A model generated the notes under the pieces. That model had not been told where the DNA came from. It did not search any database and was given only the letters and a program-made list of their open reading frames with translations. A DNA stretch of 64,000 nucleotides from Antechinus flavipes. Its lineage: Eukaryota. How positions within the stretch are numbered: the first letter of the stretch is position 1; each line of letters begins with the position of its first letter. The stretch spans positions 84,692,001-84,756,000 of the forward strand of contig NC_067404.1 in assembly GCF_016432865.1 (NCBI RefSeq). Reading direction: 5' to 3'. The position numbers and the translations under genes are program-made. Shown here one piece after another: positions 27,603 to 37,150 of the stretch.

Positions 27603-29519
27603 AAAGTTGGAGGAACTAAGGTAAGTTACCCAGGTCATACAGTTAGTTAAGTGTATGAGGTCACATTTGAACTCAGCTCTTTATGACCACAGGCCCAGGG
27701 CTCTAGCCACTGCACACTCCTAACTATGTCAATAACAGGGAAGATGAAGTGACTTCTCACCAGAACCTTAAAGGGAACCAAGGATCCTAAGAAGCTAAAG
27801 GAAGAATGGAGTCCCCTGCCAACACAAAGGAGACAAGGCAGGGGGTGGAACGTCAATGCAGCCAGCGGAGATGGAGCGAGAGGAAAGCCGACGTGATGGC
27901 AGGCAAAACCAGCTGGAGCCAGATTCGCCAAGGCTTGACATGCCAGGCTGAGGCGTTCAGTCCTTGAGGCAGGAGGCAGCGGTAGCGCCGGGGGGAGTCG
28001 CTTTGGGCTGCAGGAAGAATACATGGGGAGGGGAGGAAACAGTGAAGAAGCTGGAGTGCTCACAAGCAGAAAATGGTGGCGAAATGACACAGAGAAGACC
28101 TCTGGGTCTGGGAGCTCAGAGAGGAAAGAAGGGAGGCCTTCCAAGCATTGATTTACCTTTGGGGCAAACGATTTCTTTGGGAGATGCAAAGTCTGACACG
28201 CCAGCTGAGCCACCTGCCTGCCAATGGCCAGCGGGAAGCCAGAGGCCAGATCGGGGAGCCGAAGGTCGGACCGGGGAGTTGGCCAAGAAGGCCTGAATGT
28301 CAGGAATTGGGACTGAAGAGGAAGAAAGGCCTGGCTGGCCCTGGCACCTATTCTCTTGAGAATGGGGGCACTGGGCAGAGCCAGGCAATCTGAAGAAGAT
28401 GCCATGGGACAGCTAAGCGGGTATGACCACAGCCAGCCAGCAATTGGGGACCAAGGAGTGGGGCTGAAGATGATGTGCAGAGACAACTGGACCCATGGCA
28501 GCTAGGGGGTGCTGCAGCCAAGAGAGACCTGGGCCTGCTGTCCCCGAGATGTGGGTTCAAATGGGACCTCAACTACTGACTGGCTGTGTGATCCTGGGCA
28601 AGTCACCTCACCTGTGTGCCTCAGTATCCTCAATTGTAAATGAGGATAATAAAATAAGTACCTATCTCCCAGGGTTCTTGTTTAACCAATGAGATGATAT
28701 TCCTAGAGTACTTAGTAGGTACCTGGCTCATAGTGGGCTACATAAATGTTTATTCCCTTCTTGCATCCCTCTCCTGGAAGCTGATGAATCTTGAGAAAGG
28801 GAGAGGGCCCAGACCAAAGCCCCCCCGAGCCAGGGGGACAAGGCACAGAGTTCTACACAGGGGACTCGGAAGTGGGTGACACACCAGGAGAAGGTTGATC
28901 ATTAAGGAGTAGCCTGGAGAGGCAGCAGGATGAGAAAAGTGAAGAAGCGAATGGGACATCCAGTGGTGGAGGAGGCAACTGAGGCTGACTCCTTCTAGGA
29001 GTTGGAGTGAGAGGACAACAAGAGGGATGGACGGGATTCAAACAGAAGAACCTGAGCAAGCTTCAGCCTTCTTGGGGCCTCCCTCCTGAACTTACTCCTA
29101 CCCCTCTCTTCACTGACCTTTTCCCCTGGGCATCCTGTCCCAGGAGCCCTCTCTCCGGCCCTCCCACACCAGTTGTGTTACTCCTTCATTCCTCTCTCAG
29201 CTCTGTCCTTGACTCTCCCCCAGGCTCTGGGCCAGGACTTTCTCCCCCTTTCCCCCCACCTCCGCTTTTCAGCTTCCTTCAAAGTGTAATCTCCCCTGGC
29301 AGAATTTAAGGAAGCTCGGGCAGAGCCCAGACCCTTTGGACTCATGTTCGCACCTCCTTCACTTGTGGCCCTTAACGGGGGAAGCTGGAATCGATGGCTC
29401 CCGGCCGGCCTTTGCGGCCTTGGGGACAGCGGGAAAGGAGCGGCAGATGGATAGAGGAGAGAGCTGCCCAATGGGATTTGGGCTCTTCCCCTCTGGCTCT
29501 GGGGCTCACTCTATGTCTC

Positions 29520-29790
29520 TCTTATACACACACACATACACATACACACAATCCCACATATATCACATACACACATTATCACACATATATCACATGCACA
29601 CGTGTGCATCACACACATCATTGTACATGTGTCATACACATACATGTACATTCCATGCATTATCACACTGCCACACGAACACATTATTACATATCACACG
29701 CATGTGTGTATATCGCATGCGTGGTCACACATGTGTCACATACACACGTGCATATCTCACACATGTGCACACGCACGCACGCACACTTCT
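29520..29790 (+). repeat. Degenerate (CA/TG)-type alternating purine-pyrimidine tract
   Basis: Seen directly in the sequence. Confidence 0.8.
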
Positions 29791-29794
29791 CCAG

Positions 29795-30250
29795 ATTCTC
29801 CAGTGGCTCCATCTGACCTTTAAGATAAAGTCTCAACTTTTGCCTGGCTTTCAAAGCCCTTCGGAATTCACTTCCTTCCCGTCTTGCCCTCCTCCCCCAC
29901 ATGACCCGGGCAGTGTGGCCATCATTGTTGCCCACATCCCCCCCCCAGCCTCCTCTGTATGGTGTCCCTCCTCTTCGGAATGCTGTTCTTCCTACCCACA
30001 GGGACTTTTTAAATCCTGAGTTTCCTCCAGATTCCATTCAAACTTCTATCTGATATCTCCCCAGATCCCCCCGCTGCTAGTACCCTTCCTCCCATAGTCA
30101 CCCTGTACTCATTTTCTATTTATGCGGCGTGTATTTCTGGGAAGACAAATGAACAAACGGAAGCTCCTTGAGGGCCAGGCCCATTTCCCCTTTGCCTTTC
30201 CATCTCCTGAATTCTGCCTAAAGTAAGCATTTGGGAAATACTTGCTGGTC
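29795..30250 (+). mobile_element. LINE-2 3' fragment
   Basis: ctccagtggctcc...taagataaagtctcaactt...gctttcaaagccctt; ends with the L2 tail (taaagtaagcatttgggaaatacttgctg). Confidence 0.65.
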
Positions 30251-30806
30251 ATTGCCTGAATGGTCAACAAGATGGGATCCCAAAGCACAAGGAAGGGAAG
30301 GAGATCAAGAGCAGAAGTACAGGTTGGACTTTAACCAGAACAAAAAATGAGGGCCCAGCTGACCTCTGTGAGCATCCTGGCTCCGTAGGGCAAGGGCCCA
30401 ACAGCCTCGGGGCCTACATGTGCATCACTGGCTGCAGTTCTCCACTTCAGAGAGAGGGAACATCCATAGTATCAGTCCTACCCATAGACATAAGCTGTGA
30501 ATGGCCAGATTGGTAGATATTTGTGTTCATGAGCAAATGACTATCTGGGCTCAGGTAAGTTCATGAAGGGAGCTAGGGCTCTGCAAGGTCTGCTTGATTC
30601 ATTTTCCAAGACCATACATTGGTGGGGACAGTTAGATAGATGATAGAGCACCAGCCCCGGAGTCAGGAGGACCCTAGTTTAAATCCGGCCCAAGCTTGTG
30701 GGGCAGAGTGACAATGGGGCCCCAAGTCTGAGCTAACAACTCTACTGTCTCCCTCAGCCGTCTCCCTCAGCCAGCTTCTGCCAGTGGCCCAGGAGGGAGC
30801 CCGCCC

Positions 30807-31754
30807 ATGGACCTACAACCTAGTTACAATGTGACATCGGTGACAGAGTTCATCTTGCTGGGGCTGACAGAGAGGTGGGAACTGCAGCCAGTCCTTTTTG
30901 CCATCTTTCTCTTGGCCTATGCAGCCACAGTCGGTGGCAACATGGGCATCTTGGCTGCCATTTTGGTGGAGCCCAAGCTACATACACCCATGTACTTCTT
31001 CCTGGGGAATCTGTCGCTGTTAGATATCGGGTGTGTCAGTGTCACGGTGCCCCCAATGCTGGTGCGACTACTATCCCAGGAGCAGGCTGTCCCCTTTGCC
31101 GCCTGCCTCTCCCAACTCTTCTTCTTTCACCTGCTCGCGGGAGTTGACTGCTTCCTACTGACCGCCATGGCCTACGACCGCTTCCTAGCCATCTGCCGCC
31201 CTCTCACCTATACAACTCGCATGGGCCGAGGAGTCCAGGGAGCACTTGTGGCTGCATCTTGGGCCTGCTCGCTTGGAAACGCGTTGACCCATACGGTGGC
31301 ACTATCTACGCTGGACTTCTGCGGCCCCAATGTGGTGAACCACTTCTACTGCGACCTCCCCCCTCTCTTTCACCTGGCCTGCTCCAGCACTCGCCTCAAT
31401 GAGCTGCTGCTCTTCGCTCTGGGCGTCATCATGGCCGGAGCCCCCACGGTCCTCATCGTCACTTCCTACCTGCATGTGGCAGCTGCCGTGCTGAGGATCC
31501 GCTCGGCAGAGGGCCGCAAAAAGGCCTTCTCCACCTGCAGCTCCCACCTGGCTGTTGTGGGCATCTTCTATGGGGCTGGCATCTTTAGCTACATGCGCCT
31601 AGGTTCTGTTGAGGCTTCAGACCAGAGCAAAGGGGTTGGAATCCTCAACACTGTCCTCAGTCCCATGCTCAACCCACTCATTTACAGCCTCCGGAACCCA
31701 GATGTGCAGGGAGCCCTGCGCCGGGTTTTCACAGGCCGGAGAGTCTCAGCATGA
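30807..31754 (+). CDS. Intact single-exon class II olfactory receptor, OR3A-like, 315 aa
   Basis: Motifs NVT (N-glycan), [77 protein letters not shown] and the GRR tail resemble human OR3A1 as I recall it. Confidence 0.95.
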   Translation: MDLQPSYNVTSVTEFILLGLTERWELQPVLFAIFLLAYAATVGGNMGILAAILVEPKLHTPMYFFLGNLSLLDIGCVSVTVPPMLVRLLSQEQAVPFAACLSQLFFFHLLAGVDCFLLTAMAYDRFLAICRPLTYTTRMGRGVQGALVAASWACSLGNALTHTVALSTLDFCGPNVVNHFYCDLPPLFHLACSSTRLNELLLFALGVIMAGAPTVLIVTSYLHVAAAVLRIRSAEGRKKAFSTCSSHLAVVGIFYGAGIFSYMRLGSVEASDQSKGVGILNTVLSPMLNPLIYSLRNPDVQGALRRVFTGRRVSA

Positions 31755-32759
31755 GATGACCAGTGGTCCAGGCCCTTGCCTCCAGGATTACTAAGGTCTT
31801 TCCAAGATCCTCAGTGGTCTCTCAGCTCTCTCCATAACAACAGGGGGCCATCTGTTGCCCCTCAGCCCCCAGCAACCTAGGCTGCTAGCCCAAGTCTTTA
31901 GAGGGAAGCAGGAGTCTCCTGAGTCTTTTTGTAGCCCGAACATTATAGGAATGAGTAGTGTTCCCTGGCCTGGGGTAGCCCTGAGCCTAAGGGTCCCTTC
32001 CTCAGCAGTCCCTCCTCCCACAGTCAACCCCCCCCCCTTTTCTCCTCTCTTTGGCCGTGAGCTGATGGGGCTAGCTCTCAGCCCGAGGTGATCAGGGCCT
32101 TAGACTTTTTTCCCCTCGCTGGTTTTCAAGGTTTCTCCTAGAGTTGCAGCCATTCTCTCGCTTTCCTTGGCAGGACCACAACGAAAGGCAAAGGCCGGCC
32201 CAGCCCGAGGTGTCCACCATTAGGGAGCCCTTTCTGCTCCGTGCTTAGGTGGTTACCTCAGATAATTTCTCGGTAGGCATGGCAGGGACAGAAAGAAGCA
32301 ACCCCGTCCCCGTCCCCCCCTCCCCCATCTAAAGCGTTAGCCGCTTGAGGCTTCTTCCCTTGGACCTCTCCCCCCATTTCTCTCCTCAAACCAAAGCTAA
32401 CAAGAATGGGTGACAGCCAGAGTTTGACCACGTGTCCCCGAGGAAAGAGAGAGAGGAGTGAAAGAAGAGAAAGGGGGACAGAGGGGGACAGAAATGGGCA
32501 AAGGCGCTGGGAATGATGGAAAGAGGTAGGATGCCTCTATTTGTTCTAGGATCCTTCCTAGGACAGTCAGCTCACTCGAAGGCACTCATCCCGCCACATC
32601 CTTCACCTCTCTGGCGGGCTGCAGCCTCGTGCCCTCACCCCCCACCTCTCTCAACTTTTCCCCCAACTTTGTCCCGATCCGCTTAAAGAGCCACAACCCG
32701 AAGCGAGACTTAGGAGAGACAATAAGAGCCCACCGCGGAGTGGGAGGAGGAAGAGGAGC

Positions 32760-33273
32760 AAGGACCCTGGCCAATCATTGCGGGCATAGAAGGGGTGGGG
32801 GGAGAAATAGCCAATGATCACTCGACAGAGGTGGGGCTCCCGGGATTGAGAAGGTGGAGAAAAGAAAGTAGCCGGGACAGGGGACTGGGGGTAAGGGGAA
32901 CCCTCCCTGACAGCCAGTGAGCTGAGGAAAAACTGCGGCAGAAATAGCCAATGTGCACCCGGGGGAGGCGGGGCTCCAGGAGAGTGAGGGATTGAGAGTA
33001 AAGGGGTAAATCCCGCAGTGACCAATCAACGCCGTAAGCCTAAAAAGGAGGAAGCGTTCGCCAATGAGCAGGGAATTCTGGAGGAGCGGCGGCTCCTGCG
33101 ATCAATAAGATTGTGGGTAGGGGCTTGGGCGGAGCTGAAACGGCCAATGGGATCTCGACGGGGGCAGACCTGACGGAATAGGGGCCTTGGGGCGGCCGTG
33201 GCCGGTTCCACCCTCCGGGAGAGGAAAGACGGGCCCCAAGATGGAGGAAGCTTCTGTGGCAGCACCGTGACAG
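32760..33273 (+). promoter_or_regulatory. ARAF: ARAF CpG-island promoter and non-coding exon 1 (donor after 33273)
   Basis: CpG-rich; CCAAT at 32771, 32811, 32948, 33022, 33061 and 33144; GC box GGGCGG at 33127-33132; exon end GTGACAG|gtaaga. Confidence 0.8.
33241..33270 (+). other. Upstream ORF in ARAF exon 1 (MEEASVAAP*)
   Basis: caagATGG strong Kozak context; stop TGA at 33268-33270, 3 nt before the splice donor. Confidence 0.65.
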
Positions 33274-34832
33274 GTAAGACGACGCCAGGCCGAAGCCACG
33301 GTGACCGTTCTGTATTACTTCCTGTCTTGTCCCGAGGACCCCCCACCCCCTTCACGGAAAAAGAATGGAATCTCCCGTCGCTAGGAGGGGGTAGCTGGGC
33401 GCAACGCGCAGGCGCGAATGGAAGGGGGAGGGGCACGAAGTTTGGTTCCTTTAAATTGTCTAGCTGCTGGAGCCTGTGCACGGGGCCCATCCTGGGGTGG
33501 GGCTGTTTCCCACCTATCCTAACTCAGTTTCTCCCCTTCTTCTTCCCCCCCCCCCCATTTTTCGATCTGTTTTCCATACTCATCTTCCTACTCCCCCCCT
33601 TTCTGGAGCTTAGAAATTCCCAGCCAGTTCGAGGGGCTTCGATTTCCCTAGTGATGAGAGCTTCCTGGTAATGGTTCTTGGAGATGTCTGACTAACCCCA
33701 ACATCAAAGTCCTGCGAAGGGTTTTCCGAGATCTTCAGCCCCACCCCCCAACATTCTTAACGCCAGCTGCACCCCACCAAGTCTTTTCGAAAGGAAGGCT
33801 CAAGGATTCTGGGAACACCTCTTGTCTCACTCGTTATCCCCACCCACCTGGAGTCTGAGAACCACTTGAGTAGCCACTGGCTCCCCTTATAAGTGTTCAA
33901 GCTCACAAGGCTGACGGTAGAATCCTACGAAGGCATGGGCACACACGCACACCAGTGCATAGGCACATACTCCCCATCCCAAAAACCCTGATTTACAATA
34001 CACCCCTGGGTGGGGCTCCAGCTTGGGCTAATGCCAAGATTTGCTCTTGCTAATGGTTCTGATTTGTTCTTGCTAATCGCTCTGATTTTTGCCTCCTGTA
34101 GCTCTGCTCAGCAGGTGGTGGTGGTGGTTTTTCCAAGATCTACTCACTGTCCACCTCTGTGTTCCTTTATTGATGGCCACAGTTCTGCCATTTTACATCA
34201 GATAGCACTCTTTTGCCTTCCCCAGGGGCCCAGCTTTAAACACTGATCCATATGAAGTGACCACTCTGAAATTCCTGCTTTGTCCTATGTTTACAACTGA
34301 AAGCATATGTGAAGAACTGGAGGGGCCACCATTCCCCTGTACCTTTGAAAAATCTTTTTTGTATTCTTGGATCCCATAACCCCTGCTTGCCCCAACAAAA
34401 GGGCTCTTAGGGTGCTGTGGAAATGTATCCCCCTTGCATTGATCAAACATGTCTCTATCTACAACCCCATACCAGGTTCTGGTGACTCAGTATTGTTTGC
34501 TTTCTTTCCTCTCCAGCACCTAGACAGTGCCTCTTCTGCTTCTTCCTGTGTCGGCCCCACTCCTACCTCAGTTTTCCCCGGAACCTGGGCTCCTTAACAA
34601 AAGATCCCTAAGGATTAGAATTAGAGTTAGAATTAGAGGGACGATTGATGGAACCAGCTGTTTGGGGCAGGGCTTTCCCAAGAGAAAAGGTTCATAGTTC
34701 TGCTTCCAGTGTGTAGAAAGTTCCACTCTCCTATCCCATCATCCTTGGCCCTCTGGCCATGCTTAGAAATCCACTATTCCCACTTCCATCAACCTCCTTT
34801 ATAGTAACTAAAGATTTTGCGCCCCCCCCCAA

Positions 34833-34950
34833 GAATTTAAGATCTTCTCAGAAACTTAACACTCCCTAGCAGTGTGACTCTGGGCAATTTAACTGGGCAA
34901 CTCAACCCCAATTGCCTCAGCAAAAAAAAAAAAAAAGGAATTTAAGATCT
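34833..34950 (+). mobile_element. 5'-truncated WSINE1 in ARAF intron 1
   Basis: SINE 3' half with poly(A); TSD GAATTTAAGATCT at 34833-34845 and 34938-34950. Confidence 0.8.
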
Positions 34951-35294
34951 CCAAATCTTTCCCATCCCAAATATTCTTAACTCCATAAATGGTAATGCAA
35001 GATCTTGAGCCATCCCAACATCATAGTGCTTGGACATCATAAGGATCTAGAACTGGGGGGAGGGGGAATCTAATTTCATCATTGACAAAAGAAATAGAGG
35101 CAAGAAGAGGTGAAGTGACTTGCCCAAATTCACCCAGAGCCAGGATTTGAACCCAAGGCTTCCAACTGCAAAGCCATCCCCCTTTCCACTTGTCCTCCCA
35201 GTAACGTATGGAGATCTACAGCCTTCCCCATCATCTTTGTCCCCCAACAGCATCTATCCCTGCCTTTTGGGTCACTTGAGTTTGGGGGGACAAG

Positions 35295-37105
35295 ATGAGA
35301 CGAGGCCCAACCGCCACCCCCGTAGGATCCTCCAGGAGCCTAACCACAGCAGAAGATCCTGCTGCGACCCCTTCGAGCAGCAGTCGAGTAGGGGGCACTG
35401 TGAAGGTCTATCTGCCCAACCAGCAGCGCACAGTGGTGAGCAATCCGGCAGGGAAGCAATATCAGGGATCCTGCCCAGGGAAGGGAGAGATTCCTAATCT
35501 GGGGAGCTGAACAAGGAGGGAGACTTGGGGAAGAAAATCAATTACGACCATCTCGGGGAATCGGGGGGGCCTGTTAGGTAACCGCCCGGGATGGAATGAC
35601 TGTCTCCGACTCATTGGACAAGGCACTGAAGGTGCGGGGACTGAACCAAGATTGCTGTGCCGTCTATCATCTTGTACAGGGGTGAGCTCCCTATCCGGCC
35701 CCCCTTCTCTCAGCCCCCCCAGCCTCTGTCTCCTCCTCAGCCATCACTGATCCTTCCCTTTCCCTATGTCTCATCCCCTCGGGTCCTGTAGCCGGAAGAC
35801 AGCAACAGCCTGGGACGCAGCCATTGCTCCTTTGCATGGGGAAGAACTGACGGTCGAGGTCCGGGCTGATGTTCCACTCGCAGCTGCCCACAACTTTGCC
35901 CGGAAGACATTCCTGGCTCCCACCTTCTGCGACTTCTGCCGCCGCTTCCTCTTTCATGGCTTCCGCTGCCAGACGTGTGGCTACAAGTTCCACCAACACT
36001 GCAGTGCCCGGGTCCCCACCGTCTGTGTTGACATGGCTACCGCCCGCCAACCGTGAGGCCTATGGTCCTTTCCCAGTCCCCAGGATCTCCCCAAGAATCC
36101 CCAGTGGCCTGGTTGCCTTTGTCTGTTAGCCTGCCCTCACCTGGGTTGGGGTGGGATCTCCCTCATCCCAGCTGGTCCTTCCTGAGGACTGCACCCTCCC
36201 TAAGGTCTCTAATTTTCTGCTTCAGTTGCTACCGCAGTGTCCAGGACTTGACTGGAAGCCCTGGTGCTCCTGAGCCCCAGTCTGGAAGCCAGGCCCTGTG
36301 TGAGTCCCACACCCCAAAGAGTCCCAGGTAAGGCCAGCAGATGGTCTGTGGAGGGAGGAACCTGATCCAGAGGCTTCCTCCTCCTCCTCCTCCTCCACTT
36401 CCCTTCCCCTCCAGGACGCAAACACCAGCCTCCCATGGGGAGACTTTTGCTTTCCCTGGGTCTGGAGGCCCACCCCTCCAGAGGATCCGCTCCACATCCA
36501 CACCCAATGTGCACATGATCAGCACCACGATGCCTGTGGACAGCAGGCTCGTACAGGTAGGGCATTCACTTGTGAGGGCAATCGATGCCTGTCAGTGGAC
36601 ACTCAGTGACGACTGTCCCTGGAACGCCTCCCAATAAGAACTCACCGAGGAGGTGGTCTGGGGGAGCTAGGCTTGGAGGGTCGGGGACCTGGGATGGGGG
36701 AGAGGGTCAAGTGGCCTGAGAGAACTCAGAAGCCTTTAGGGCAAAAGAAGGCCCAGGGTTCAAAGAAAAGGCTGACCTGTGCTCCCCCCGGTTTGCTCCC
36801 ACAGCAGGCAGCCCAGGCCTTCACTGCTGAAGGTGAGCATCCAAATCCCTTGATCCCAGCCCTTGCTGTCCCCGCTCCCCTCATCCTCTGGCCCAGGCCT
36901 TCCTTACTTCCATCTCTCTCTGGTTTCTTATCTGTGTCCTTGCCTCTCCCAGGAACAGGTGGGGAAAGGACCCCCCAAAGCAGTCCTAGCCCCAGCCTTG
37001 TGTCCCCCCCTGGAAGGAAATCCCCACACCCCAAGTTTTCATCAGAGCCCCTTGAGCGCAAGTCCTCAGCTTCAGCTGATGATAAGAAGAAAGTGGTAAG
37101 CTGGG

Positions 37106-37150
<45 letters not shown>

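Noticed and set aside
27647-28486. 279-aa minus-strand ORF
   Set aside because: No recognisable domain, non-ATG start call, and GC-rich stop scarcity is enough to explain it.
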